Origin: Lingula anatina | Lineage: Eukaryota > Animalia > Brachiopoda | Reading direction: 5' to 3' | NCBI GenBank assembly: GCA_051362555.1 | Contig: CM120641.1 | Span: 5,146,001 to 5,210,000 of the forward strand | Length of the DNA stretch: 64,000 bases | Notes under the pieces: model-generated | What the model was told of the DNA's origin: nothing | The model's input: the letters and a program-made list of their open reading frames with translations, nothing else | Database searches by the model: none | Part shown: positions 12,576 to 25,582 of the stretch, one piece after another | How positions within the stretch are numbered: the first letter of the stretch is position 1 | How the letters are laid out: every line of letters begins with the position of its first letter | Made by a program: the position numbers and the translations under genes

Positions 12576-14239
12576 CATACCTAACCGTCAACGTCATTAT
12601 AAAGCTAATCGTACAGAACAAGTATAGGAACTATTCTATTAAGTATTTTACTTTTATCTTTAATGGACTGCTTTATTTTTACGTATTTTGAGGTGCTCCA
12701 GACCATTATAATATCAGTATTGCGTTCATGGCGTTAATATCCTCTTATTTGCATCTTACTACTTTATGTAGAAGGCTAATCTAGTGAAGTCCGGAAAAAC
12801 AACCCATGGTAGACCTACATAAAAGGGTAAAAAAGGTATTTATTATAAAACCGGTATTTTACCAATTATTACCTCAGAGGGTGTCACGATAAGTCACATG
12901 TGACATTTAAATTAACCCAGGTTGGCACGAGTCACGAGGTAATGCACAGATCACAAGATGGTGCGGTTTACCGTTTCATTTTTTAGATTCCTTAATTCGT
13001 GTTTTCAAGTAACCACTTGCACAGATCTGAGTTCCTACATAAGTATCACATGAAACCGTTTTTTGCACTTCTAAGAAATGTTCTGGCGAGACGGAGAGAA
13101 CGTCTTGTCTAGGGGGCGGAGGGTCCTCTGTTTGGTTTGGAAGATGCTTTCTCAGTATCGGGCCATTTTTTAAAATAAAACTGCTATAAATGACCTTGTG
13201 TTCGCTCGAGTGATTCCCTTTTGAAAATGTCATTGGAAAGCTTCCAAAAGAAGTCACATGAAAACAACTCATTTTGCGTAGGTGACTTTAAAATATATGT
13301 AAATGAGTTCACCGACTCATATCATAGAGGAAACGGTGTTGGAACTGGGCTCAGTTGCCTGTATTCCATGCTTGTAACTTAGGCCACAGCAAATCTCCGG
13401 GGTAAGTGCTTCTGCTGTGATGTGTAGTTAATGATGAAATATGCAACATTCGCAGCTGCATTATGCGTGTCATTACAATGAATTTTTGTTTGAAAAGATA
13501 AATCTTAACTACCTCGAATCACTATACTGATAATTCTCCTCGCAATATTTAATTTACTATTTTGGACTACTTGTTAATATCATGTAAATATCATAGTTGG
13601 TTGGGGGAGAAATCGGCCCGACTGTGTCATATTTAACCTATTTAAGAAGTGTTTGTGTGTTTGTGGTGGTGGTGGGTATTCCCTATTTGTTTTGGAAGAG
13701 GACAGTAACATTATGTACTTTATCTCAGGCATGAAGTGACCGCTACTATACATGACTATAACGCTATCGTCATTATTCTGCTTATAATACACTGTTCACC
13801 TGACTGACTGCATCCTGCATAACTGAGTAGTAACTGTCAATAAGCCTTTGTCACATTTACATGTTGCTTGGCCTACATTAGCCCAGTCTACTCGTTGACT
13901 TCCCTTCCTCATAACCAGGGTCCAAAATTTTGAATCCTAGGTTATAACCATGTCTTTTTATAGAAGCGTTATTACACGTACTTGCGCATTTCGCTTTGAT
14001 TGATTGATTAATTGATTGACTGACTGATAAAGATCAATAATTCATGAAGGAAATTGTTTGGGCCTACAGGAACAAAGAAATAAGAGGGGCATTTTAACCT
14101 GACTGATGATAGGTAGAAACTAAATCAAACTTCAACTTACAGGGCACATGCAAGTCTCGTTTAGTTAATTTTTAATTACTTTATGTCACCCTTCCCCAAT
14201 GTTCACCGTCCCCTCGGCAATAACGTTGCTCATTCACAA

Positions 14240-14481
14240 TGTTCTACGTAGATCGACCCAACTCCGTGGGGACTCTTGCTGAATGCAGTCAGATTAATAG
14301 ATAAACACGCCTCTTGTTTCCAACGCATGTTTATAATCAGCAGCTTTTCTGTACTCTACTCAACGCCAAGAGGATCGAGTCGTGGTAACCTCGAGCTCTT
14401 ATCTGATAGCATTCGGCGAAGAATCCCACGGAGTTGGATCGATATACGGAGAACGATGATTTCACTGGAAATAAGCCGTAA
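14240..14481. mobile_element. Palindromic MITE, same family as 62821-63080
   Basis: Arms GTTCTACGTAGATCGACCCAACTCCGTGGGGACTCTTGCTGAATG and CATTCGGCGAAGAATCCCACGGAGTTGGATCGATATACGGAGAAC are inverted repeats and align to 62847-62891. Confidence 0.75.
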
Positions 14482-16071
14482 GTGCACAATGCAAGTTCTT
14501 GTTTCACAAAAGGTTATGCCCGACCATGAACCTTGGTGTGTGCTTATGTAAAGAACCCACTGGTTACAATGCTCGGCTGACTGCTTACCTAACAGACGAC
14601 CTAGGATATCAAGACCACAGGGATGTTGCCTTTGTACCTGAGTGGTACTACCTCCAGTTTTTGTGCTTTGGTGATTTTCGTTTTACATGAAGAGAGAAGA
14701 TTTTATCAAGAGACAAAAGACGAGCTAAATCTAATATGACACCGCCAACAGTGGCTGCCTAGTCTTACGTTGTACTTTTAGCCCGTTCAATAAAAACACG
14801 TCGGTCACTTTGACATTTTTATTATTGTAACTTCGGTTTAAAACCGAAAGCTGCTATGTTTGGTATTTATTTCTGAACTGGCAGTATACTGAACAGGTAA
14901 GTTCAAGATTATCATTGCATGTCTCATCCATCCATATCTTCCGCCCCCACACATACAGTTACACTTCACTCTCCAGCACGTGGAGTGCATTGCTTTACCT
15001 ATATGAATAAGGCGCTTTTCTACGGTGTGACGTGTCTATCTGGGCGTTTCTGTGGTCAGACCGTCTTACACAATCTCTCGTAATATTGAATTAAGTTGTG
15101 TTACTGTTTTTTTAAACATTTTTATGTAAAACATAGATGCACAGGAAGAACGGTTTATATTAAAGGTGAAAGTGACAAAGACACAGTTGTACAAGAATGT
15201 CATAGGCAAAAAGTATTCTAGCGTCGAAAATGCAACTTTCCTACAATAGTATTTAGTAGCAGTATTTACTTATTAACGTGACATGTGATATACATATACA
15301 AATCACCCGGCCTCATGGGCCTACAAGTCACCAAACTTTGTACCTATATCAGAAACAAAACAAAACATAACAAAACAGAAAAAACTATGATTAAGGTTGA
15401 AAGTTATAACTAAGCAAACACTATAATTTATGGTACACTCAACTCTTGAATGTAATGTATTTTATGTTGATTTGATTGATTATCACTATATCATACGAAT
15501 AACATTAGAAAATGTTGATTTTGTACTATATTTTCTCCCGGTGGTTTGAACAAGTTCTGCGCAAGTGACGTCGGTTTACCTTTCATTATTGACACTGTTG
15601 ACTGGATTACGAAAACTAGGGCAAATACATGTACTTGGAGGGTCAAAGTAACATTTTATAATATACTTTTTTTGTGCTAAGAATTTAACTGCACTGGGCC
15701 ACTCTATATAGCAATGTGCACGTTTTTCAGAGTTACACGCGAGAAAAAGTTCCTAATTAACCGGTCAACAGATAGAGAAATACACCCTGTGTGTGTGTGT
15801 GTCATCCAAATTTAATTGAGGCTGCTATGTATAACTCTGTTTAGGCATTGGTTTGAACGTGACCTTTTACGCAAGTTATGAAACCTAGGGTTGAATCGGT
15901 AAATGAAGTGTGATAAAAGAATGCGATATACATGTGTCAGTATAAAACTTAACTGCTTTTTGCACATATGCATGGTGTAGAGGAGGGCCTAATTGAGGGC
16001 ATCTTGTACAGCATTTTAACAAACCATTTTTCATGTAGTACAAACATAAGACTTTTTTAAAATTTCATTTC

Positions 16072-18291
16072 ATGGTTTGCGACTGGGCCTCGGCGCCACT
16101 CCTGAATGTCAAGATGACTGCGATCCGCTGCCTCAAACTTGCGATCTTGATGTGCTGCATTTCTATCGGTTCATGCAGTTTGACCGTGGATGCCGGCATC
16201 GACAAGGATGTCAGGGTTGTCATTTCTTCTGCGAAGCCCGTCTCCAGTCTCACAGGGCAGCACGAAAGAAACACAAAACACGATTCTCGCGAGTTATTAG
16301 GCACGCCAGCGAAGCTGATTGAGACGACAATCGAAGATGATGACATTATGGACGTCAATTCAAAATGCGGTCACCACAAAAATCCCTCAGAAAATCAAAC
16401 ACTGGTCAGTGGATGCAAATACAAGTTCTTTGCAACTAACCCAGACATGATGGCAAAAAGCTATTTATTTGGATGGGTTGCCATTAAGAAAATCGTAAAG
16501 GAGGGGTTTACGTGCTTCTTTGTAAACTATGAGTGCAGAAACATAATTATTGAAGAAAAATCGAAACAAAATTCCCACTGGTCAAATGATTTATGTGAGT
16601 GGAGGGTGAGAAAAGGGAGTGGTGATGACTATTTTTACGTCCCTGCATTTCCTTACATGAAGCTCTCTTTTGACCAAAATAAGGACTGCAATGCTTATGC
16701 AGGACACGAGGAAAATTACATTGGCACTTGCATCCCAAAATGGGACCGCTTTGGAAGTCGTGACATTGCTGAGAATCAACTCATTTTAGGATCTGAAAAT
16801 GATCACATTCCTATGGGTCGGTTATCATGGTACAATCCCTCCATGAACAACTCAGTAAATATATCATGTCAATTAATAATAAGGAATAGAAACAATGGCC
16901 GAGTTGCTTTGTTGATAGCAAACTACGCAAAGTACATAGATATTATAGACAATGGAACAGTGAATAAATATTCCCCCGTCATCGTCTCGGGGAGTGATAC
17001 ACTAGAGATTATTTTCACCGAAAACTACCACAAGGATACTTTTGACGGGATGCAAAATTATATGACACTTTCATATCTATTTTTGCCAAATGCCCAAAAA
17101 GCGAGCTCTTACGTTTTCCCAACTATAACCGACTGTGGAAAATCATTGCAGATATTGGACTTTGAGCATTCTATAGTGATTGAAAAAGTTGATATATCCG
17201 AGGATGAAGTATACGACTGCGTATGGACCATACCCGTCAAAGGAAGAAATCTGCACATTTACTTTGAGGAGTTTGATATTGGCAATACATCTAGTGACAC
17301 ATTAAATGATTTGTTTTCGAATCCAGTATACGACGAGTGGGGGAAAGATAGTTTCATGACACTTACGGCTTATCGTTCGGACAACCGTGGTGGCTTTTTC
17401 ATTCGCAAATTTGACACTGAAAGTACTAAGTCGAACACGTCGGTCTTCCTTGACCTGCCTTCCGACTCGTTGGCTTTGTACCTGCGAACAAGAAGTGTGA
17501 AGCATAATGGCAAAGGTTTTCGTTTGACGATGAATCTATTTCACACTGGTAATGCCAGCATAACAAGACACGAGACGGTGTTCAAGTGCGGCAACTCTCT
17601 CTACGTCGACTCCTCAGCGGTGTGTGATGGACATAATCAGTGTGGAGACAATTCCGACGAGGATGCCGACCTATGTGCCTCACCGAGGACCGGTTTTAAC
17701 AATTGCACTCGGTCTCCCAGCGGCTGTTTAATGCGTAAACCAACAGATGTGTTGGTGGTTGACAGTACCCCGTGTTGTGCAGACAATCCTCTGACAGAAC
17801 CGTGTATGTATCTCCGCCCTAACGACACTTCTGAGTTTGAGGAATGCTGCCCTAAGGAGGGAACCGGTGTTGTATGTGCAGTTCCTCCTCCTCTTCCAAA
17901 TTTTTGGGCAGACAACATGTACTGGTTCATCCTAGGTGGAATTATTTTGCTTTTACTTATCTTTATTATTTTGATTCTTCTGTTGGCTCTGCGCAGAAGA
18001 CGGCGGAGGCGACCTTACACTAGGGTGGCAGAGACTGCACCTGAAGGTGAAGGCCCTGCTCCTACTGCGACTCCACCCACTCCTCCTACCTCGGCTCCCC
18101 TTACGACTGATCCTGGAAATAACGAACCAGCCGACTCTGGAGAAACAACCCCACAAAGGCCACACTCAAGTAGTCCAAGTTCAAGCTCAAGCTCAAGTTC
18201 TACTACTGAGCCACAGCTTGGTCCAGTAGAAATAGAAGCCCCAGCGTTGCGAGCTATGGTGGAGGCTGTAGTGAACCAAGAAGATTCATAG
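16072..18291 (+). CDS. Single-exon type-I membrane protein: signal peptide, divergent CUB-like domains, one LDL-receptor class A repeat, Cys-rich stalk, TM helix, Pro/Ser/Thr-rich tail
   Basis: 739-aa ORF. Signal-like MTAIRCLKLAILMCCISIGSCS (probable start at 16114); CUB motifs YDCVWTI...LHIYFEEFDIG...GKGFRL; LDLa FKCGNSLYVDSSAVCDGHNQCGDNSDE; TM WFILGGIILLLLIFIILILLLAL followed by RRRRRRR. Confidence 0.88.
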   Translation: MVCDWASAPLLNVKMTAIRCLKLAILMCCISIGSCSLTVDAGIDKDVRVVISSAKPVSSLTGQHERNTKHDSRELLGTPAKLIETTIEDDDIMDVNSKCGHHKNPSENQTLVSGCKYKFFATNPDMMAKSYLFGWVAIKKIVKEGFTCFFVNYECRNIIIEEKSKQNSHWSNDLCEWRVRKGSGDDYFYVPAFPYMKLSFDQNKDCNAYAGHEENYIGTCIPKWDRFGSRDIAENQLILGSENDHIPMGRLSWYNPSMNNSVNISCQLIIRNRNNGRVALLIANYAKYIDIIDNGTVNKYSPVIVSGSDTLEIIFTENYHKDTFDGMQNYMTLSYLFLPNAQKASSYVFPTITDCGKSLQILDFEHSIVIEKVDISEDEVYDCVWTIPVKGRNLHIYFEEFDIGNTSSDTLNDLFSNPVYDEWGKDSFMTLTAYRSDNRGGFFIRKFDTESTKSNTSVFLDLPSDSLALYLRTRSVKHNGKGFRLTMNLFHTGNASITRHETVFKCGNSLYVDSSAVCDGHNQCGDNSDEDADLCASPRTGFNNCTRSPSGCLMRKPTDVLVVDSTPCCADNPLTEPCMYLRPNDTSEFEECCPKEGTGVVCAVPPPLPNFWADNMYWFILGGIILLLLIFIILILLLALRRRRRRRPYTRVAETAPEGEGPAPTATPPTPPTSAPLTTDPGNNEPADSGETTPQRPHSSSPSSSSSSSSTTEPQLGPVEIEAPALRAMVEAVVNQEDS

Positions 18292-19738
18292 GGAATTGAT
18301 ATAAAAAAAGTAAATTTAACGCAAGAAGACACTAGTATAAAAGTTCAATTTATATGGCACTGGATTAAAACTGGGAAGGAGAGGGAATTTTGGTATTGAC
18401 GAATGGCGATTGAAATGCATTATAGATCAATATAATAGGTAAATACCAGGTGTACAGGCTTTTTACGCCACGTTATATCATGTAGGCCCTATCATGCTGG
18501 GTACACAGTACAAATGAATCTCAGCACAAATTCTTTTTGATATCGGATTGCTGTCTAATTCAGCAAAAAAATGAACACAATTACTATATTCCACCTGAAA
18601 CTTTTTGTTAACTGTATGGTACTCGCCGTTTTATATTTTTTTTAAAGATAGTTAATAAGCATAATATTATAAAGTATGATATTTAAAGTGTCGTATGTGT
18701 TTTGTAACTGAAAAAATTTTTTTCTGATAAATCATGTCACTGGAATTGTTGCTGGCTTTTTAATGGAAATACGGACTTTCTATTCTACATAATTTAAATC
18801 AATTTTTCTGATCAATTATTTTCTTTTTCTTTTACTTGACCATGTTTATAATATTTTTATATTAAAATTGTAGTTACCTCTATTAGACATTATATGGTTA
18901 ACAGACTTAAAATTAACGAATTATTATATAATTATTATATAGTTACGACATAGTTTTTATTATAAAGTTACGACAGTACAAACGTATTGGATATCTTCAG
19001 CTATTTTTCATTAGAAAAGTTGTACAAATATGTTTCCCAAGCTGCGTAATTTTCTTTGTAGGTTTTACTGTCTTTATTTTGCTCATTTAGTTAATCTAAA
19101 GGTAATTCATTCTTCATGATATAACAGTGTATCAAATGGTAGCATATTAATTTCGAACATTCATCGAAAAGACAAGGAGTAGGCTATCTGGAGACAACTT
19201 TTTGATTTGGCACGGTTTAGGTCCCATTATAGCCTACATGTATGACAATTGCGGAACCGGAGAGATGGGTGGCGTGGGAGGTGGGGCAAAGTTTTACGTG
19301 CCTCAAATTGAAAGCAAAACATGAGCATGCATGTATTTCTACTGTGCATGTTACATCACTGGTATATATCTTAACTTTGCATTTGTTTGAAGATATTTGA
19401 TTGCATCAGTTCCTCACAAGCTAACCAATAAAATGTTTTGTCCAATTCACTTTGGTTTTCTATTACAAGTGACGAGACTTATTACTTAAGAGATCTTAAG
19501 GGGGTAAACAATTTTGCAAGACAAACCAAGGTAAAACTCCTTGACCAGGGCTAGGCCTGCCTCTTATATAGGCCTATAGGCCTAGTGTTTGTCAAATCTG
19601 GAATTTTTATTAATATTTTGAGTTAACTTTTATTTAAACCGTAGATACAAGGCATTTTTTGAAATGGCTCCTTTTATTTACTAATAAAAACGGCATAAAG
19701 TGCATAAATAGGCTAGTAGGCCTAATACATGTATAACT

Positions 19739-19741
<3 letters not shown>

Positions 19742-19772
<31 letters not shown>
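19742..19772. repeat. (GT)n microsatellite
   Basis: Direct reading. Confidence 0.97.
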
Positions 19773-19776
<4 letters not shown>

Positions 19777-20400
19777 GGGGGCCCGGGGGAGGGTTAAGCC
19801 ATTTTAAAGTTCAATTAGCCTAAGAGCAGAGGAGATATACTTCTTTTATCCCTTTTTCATCCTTATTTTCTGAAATTAATTTTTTCGTTTATTATTTCAT
19901 CAGGCCAAACTTATTTTATTTAAAATTTTGATGCGTTGCTTTGAGGTCGAAGCCGGGCTAAATTTTAATTACATTTAAAAATTATTAATGTAAAACATTC
20001 GTACGTGTAGGCCTAATATAGGCCCTATCCAACTTTGTCACACTTTTGCCTCCTCTCAATTGCTGTTGATATACTTTATCGGTAACACCTTCAAAAACCG
20101 CGATTAACACTGACAGGAGAGGTTAAAGGTTTATGCTCAAGAGAGACGGAATGAGAGAGATGGAGAGAGAGGGAGATAGAGGGGAAGAGGGAGGTAGGCC
20201 TACTGCGCTACAATGAAACCGGAAGTCAATAATATTCCTACGCTCTTTATCCATCTTAGTACGGACCATGAGAACAGCTAATAGAAGTAATCTGTTTATG
20301 TAATCTAATTATAATCTAGACCTAAGTTTTATTCAAGAACATAGTCGTACTTCATGTCTGTATGGTACGGAAAATTTACAGAAACAATGAAATTAGTCCG

Positions 20401-20436
20401 GTTGCCATGCTACCAACGCGGATGTAACATAAACAA
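20401..20436 (+). promoter_or_regulatory. RFX X-box-like site plus forkhead (FOXJ1-type) site upstream of the SPATA45-like gene
   Basis: GTTGCCATGCTAC at 20401 resembles GTTGCCATGGCAAC; ATAAACAA at 20429; both lie 130-160 nt before the ATG. Confidence 0.55.
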
Positions 20437-20562
20437 CGTAGCTGTTATAAAGTCCACTCACATTTCAGGGTGTTGGATCATATGCATAGAATAGGTTGTT
20501 GTAGTTTCACGGGGTTATACATTTTATAATCTTAACTAGTTTAGATTTGAGCAGAAAACGAC

Positions 20563-21140
20563 ATGTCTGCATCAGGACAACAGTATAAAACAGGGCAGTT
20601 GTTGGATCCACAAACAGCCAGCAAACTCGGGGAATCACGTGAATCCTGGTGTGCGGTTGAATTGCAAAAGGAGCAGAGTTGGTGCAGAGCTAACAGGCAG
20701 CATTATGAAATACATTTGAAGAGTACTGCTTTTGACATGAGGGCACCAGAATCAGAGCCCCGGTGTGCGTGGAAAGTTGATAAACCAACACACAAAGAAA
20801 GAAGACACTTCCCTACATGTACCAGTAAGTACCAGGACATTGAATGGTAATTAATTTAATTAAATATACTGTACAAAGCCGCATGTTCTTTCTACTTGTA
20901 AAAGTCGTGGATGAAAATAACCCATTTACCTGTACATGTTATTTCATGAGTATAGTATATAACTCAGCAAATTTCATGACTGTATACGTACATGTATTTA
21001 CATGATGCTCAATGTATCCAAAGATAAACATGTAAAAGAAAAGTACCCAAAGATAAACATGTAAAAGAAGTGTGGGATTTTATACATTTATTGTGAATGT
21101 CATACCTTTTTTTTCAGACTTATCACACCTGAAGATATAA
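20563..21140 (+). CDS. SPATA45: SPATA45-like small ciliary/flagellar protein (~94 aa), exons 20563-20824 and 21118-21140
   Basis: Motifs RESWCAVE...RQHY...RCAW...HKERRHFP parallel human SPATA45 as recalled (RESNCLVE...KRHF...RSSW...HMERKHFP). GTAAGT donor at 20825 and (T)nCAG acceptor ending at 21117 give ...PTCTNLSHLKI*. Confidence 0.75.
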
Positions 21141-22089
21141 AACATGGGAGAAAAATATTAAAAACTTTTTCAAACAGAACAATTGTTTCATCACAGAGAT
21201 GACAATGAATTTAACATGGGCAACTGCAATCAATATCAAAATAAAAATGCCAAGGAATACAAGGTTATGGAGGAACATGTGCATGGAACTTGCTCAACTG
21301 TTTCCTTTATGGGAACATTTATCTTGTGGATTAATAGAAGGGAAATTTCTGGAAAAAACACCACTTTGTAGGGCACATAATCAGATAACAAAATCTGATT
21401 GAATTTGAGAACTAGTCCCTCAAAAGAAAAAAAGACAAAGAATTGCTCATGAAGTGTTTTTTTATTAATCATGGACAAAGATTCAACAGTTTTGGTTGAA
21501 TGCTGATCAATCATTTATTCTTTGTTTTATATGTTTGCTCAATTTCACAATGTGTCATATCATTAAAATATAACAATGCCCTTGCTGAAGATTTGTATTG
21601 ACATCTTATTGACATCTTATTCAAAAATTTATATATTCACACATTTTCATCTAGTTGTTTCTTAGAAAATGAGATCATCTTGTTTACTTTAATAAATACT
21701 ATCAAAAGCATACAATAGCTTGAGTTTTAATTGATGCTACTCCAACTAACAAACTAATATGAAATATTTAAAGATTATAAACAGTTATCACAAGCACCAT
21801 CGAATGTGCTTAATCAGATTGGTTTCACTTTTAAGTTTTTTTTTAGCATCCGTCTTAATATACTAATGAAGTGTAACAATATAAAACCTCCTGATAAAAT
21901 CATACAAATATAAAATATGAAATAGTGTGTTTATGTGCACACAATCAGTGTTGTGCATTGAAAAAAAAAACAACTGAAAATGCCATTAACTTAATGATTT
22001 AAGATTTAATTTTCTTACATGACTATTTTCACATGGACTTTTTTTAATAGCTAGATTGTTTATAAGTTTGGCTATACAGCTTAGAATGT

Positions 22090-25000
22090 TTAAATATCTT
22101 GGTGAAATCTGTGAGGCACAAATCTAACCCTAAAGTTCTCTATCATCTGGAAGCCACATTTTAAATGCAGTAGAAGTGATGCTTCATTGTCTGTCTCAAT
22201 GTACAGATATGGGTAATGTCCAACCTGTAAATGTTTTTTGGCCAATGTGGTGATGACATACTTTGCACACCCTTTCCCCCTGTGTTCTGGAGCCACATAC
22301 AACATCCCCATTCCACCGTGTTCATTTGTTATCATATAGGCTATGCACTGTCCCTGTGCTGTAAACAGAGCAACAGTTGGAAAATTTTCTATTAAACTTT
22401 GAATATGTTTCCTCTTTCTTTCTGTACCACCAAACTTCCATTCACTGTTCACCTGATGTGAGTGTTCTGCTGATAGGACACCTTCCGTCAGACTATCTGG
22501 GATTGCCCTGCAAGAATGATGCAGAAATGTGTTGTATTTTTAAGGTAATAAGTATATTCCTAATAACATACAATTCTGCATCTACATGTTAATTTTACCA
22601 TAGTAATAAGGAAGCCCTAGCCTAGTGACATGTTAGAGAGTGTCAGCATAAACTTATTCTACCAGCAAGATCGATCTACCTCTGTGGGGATTCTTGCTAA
22701 AGTGCAGTCAATGTAATCAGCTTAGGGGACTGTTCACATGAAAAATCTATTTTCTAAAAATCTAAAAATCTATTGGCCATATCTTGTGATCACGGTCTGT
22801 ACCCTGAATACCCCACGGCTAAATTACTGGCAGCGCCAGCCAGTTACTTCCAAACCTGTAATTAATTCTCGGCTGCGCTTGGAGGAGATTCTGACACCTT
22901 GACACATGCACAGTAGTATCTCTAAGCTGTGGAGTTCATCATGTTAGTTGTGATGACTCGAGCATACAGACACGTAATATGGCTAGTGGTAGTGCTTGTT
23001 GTTGCACAAAATCGACAAACACATTTTTCAAAGCAACTGCGACCGCCATTTACTTTCTACCTTCCTACTGTGCATGCGTCAAGGTATGAGAATCTCCTCC
23101 GAGCACAACCGAGAATTAATAACAGCTTTGGAAGCAACTCGCTCGCACTGCCAGTATTTAAGCCGTGGGGTATTCAGGGCACAGACCGTGATCACAAGAT
23201 ACTGCCAATAGATTTTTAGAAAATAGATTTTTCATGTGAACGGCCCCTAAGTGTCTGACATGCCTTCTCAACCAGCTAAGGGGATAATTAAAACAAGAGC
23301 ACAAAAAAGTTAATTGCTCCCTAGCCTCTTTCGAGAATTCCCGCACTATAAGTTTTACTAGGCTACTACCGGTATAATTTTTTTCTGAATGCTCTCTTAG
23401 ACAACAGACATTTATTTTCTTCTGATTTGTAAATGCTAACATTTAATTAACTGTAAAATTTGTTTATGTAAAAGACCTACGTTTTGAGTAAAGAGTCTTC
23501 ATTACTGGTGTAAAAAATGTGACAGTCTTCCTCTGCATTCAACACCAAGTTTACCCCATTTACTTTTGCCACCTCAGCAAGGACATGGCACAAAGGACTG
23601 GGACAAACTGAAACCAAAATTATATTTCAATACTGTCCATTGGGTCATGTAAATTATGAAAGGACCATTTTTAACAGAGAGTAAAAAGATTTGGGTGTTT
23701 GCACATTACATTAGGGACCATTTAAAAATCTGAAAATCAAAGTTTTCTAAAACAGGATTAGACAGCCCCATCCCAACCCTGCATCTTACTTTTAATTAAA
23801 AGGAGTAATGTTAATAAAGTGTAACAATTGCCTCTTCTGCTTAAAAAATTTATAGGAGCCTTACTTTCAGAGAAAAGACTTTAACCTGTTGGTGGATTTT
23901 ATAGGTAACACTTACACAGACTTATACAAACAAATAATAACAAATAATAATAAGCAGCTAATTTGGATTCTGCATATACCAAGGTGTGACTGCACATGTT
24001 TACTTCAAACTGCACTAGTTACTCTTATTTGTCTGTCCTCAATGCCATATGAATTGTTTACTTACCCAATACCACTGACTCACTCCAGTCAATGATAGCA
24101 CTGTTTTGCAAAAAATCCAGGACTTTTTCCTCTTTATCAGGTACAACATACAACATCAGGAGATAATGATAGCCAGTCTGAGTTTCAAAACATTGTTTTA
24201 ATGCATCTTACATTCTGTCAATATTTTGTATAATTTTTGTAATTATAATTACATGTATCCAAAGAACTGTATTTAATCACTTTACAACTTCAATCAAAAC
24301 ATGGTTAAATACACTGTCTATTGCTATTTAGATCAAAATTGGCAACGTATAATGTTGAAATGATGGGTCAAACAAATAGGTAAAGGTACTTAAACATATA
24401 CACATATACTTTACATGTATATTTAGCTACAAATTACAAAGTGTTTAATGATCTTTAATGTGAAAATATTGTACATTTTGTATACATTTTAATTTTATTT
24501 GATGGTATTATTTTAATTTGAAAAATAAGGGATTTGATTTATATTCAATTACCTCATTTTTCGTTTTGTCTGGTTTGCTGATCACTACAGAAAATGATGG
24601 CCAGCTATCAGTATAGATAAGATTAGGAAACTTGCTGCTCTTGTTCTGAGAGTTCTGTATTGCAGTCATCATCTGTCACAGAATATAGTCAGATACAATA
24701 CATGTAAATCAATTTTGTTTCAGATTATAAGCTCAACAAAACAAATTTTTACCAAATCCATAACTTATCAACATAAAACAGAAAAATAACAAGAAAAATA
24801 GCACACTTCTAGAGGAATGAAAATAAGGTATATAACTTCTGACATATAATTATAAGCTACTAAGAGTACATAGATGTTCAAAGATACACTCTCTATCATG
24901 CAGGGCCACAGATTGATTTTTCAGTAGATATTATCAGATACATGTATGTCTCTGGTTAAATAGATCGCTAATCTCTGTTTAATTCAAAATCCCCCTTGGC

Positions 25001-25206
25001 CTTTATACATGTAACACTCATTACAATGAAGTACCCTTTTCGTCGAGGAAAGAACCAAATACTCAAATACTGCAGAAATAATACTAGTAGGGCCTACGTA
25101 CATACAATGATCGTGGCAAATCGTTTTCCATATATTCTAAAAGCTGCGTAAGTTCACGGCTGTTAAGGGGATTTACCAACTTCTTTTCAGCCTTATCTTT
25201 GTCCAT
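22090..25206 (-). CDS. Glycine N-acyltransferase-like GNAT protein, paralogue A (5 exons: 25102-25206, 24553-24672, ~24067-24178, ~23482-23608, 22090-22507)
   Basis: Phase-compatible exons give ...LENDLPRSL-type, DSWPSF and IDWS motifs of the Gly_acyl_tr_N region plus VNSEWKFGG and the GNAT motif A GMGMLYVAPEHRGKGCAK...NEASLLLHLKCGF. Confidence 0.85.
22725..23247. mobile_element. 523-bp MITE with long TIRs, flanked by TA
   Basis: TA|GGGGACTGTTCACATGAAAAATCTATTTTCTAAAAATC ... GATTTTTAGAAAATAGATTTTTCATGTGAACGGCCCC|TA; inverted symmetry extends ~140 bp from each end. Confidence 0.88.
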
Positions 25207-25582
25207 TCTGAATTACGGTTCCTGGTAGACAAAAATCTTTCTCTATCCGCCTCTTGTTTACAACGTTACCCACCCCTTTTGTTCGTAGCAGGAAAATCCA
25301 TGCAGTAACACCCCCTTTTTACTTTTTGTGGGAAACTATTTATATGTCAGAAAACGATAATGCATGCATTTCCGTACCAATTTGTTGGCAATGCCGACCC
25401 CGACGTTTCAAGTGTTTTTATGTTGTGTTGAGGTGAATACGAAATTTGTCGGTTTTATATAGGTCAAAATTATTCCTCTGACCTACTACCAAAATTTATC
25501 AGACACCGTTATATGCGGTAAGAACCTACAGGATGTACTGGTAAGGCCGAAAACTGGGTTAAGGTCCCACATCGGGACATCG

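Noticed and set aside
17637-18332. Antisense ORFs over the CUB/LDLa gene
   Set aside because: Shadow frames of a real CDS with no independent motifs.
20845-21201. In-frame TGA across a splice junction (TG|A then LITPEDIKHGRKIL...) as selenocysteine
   Set aside because: The stronger GTAAGT donor gives a product of SPATA45 length, and no SECIS is visible downstream.
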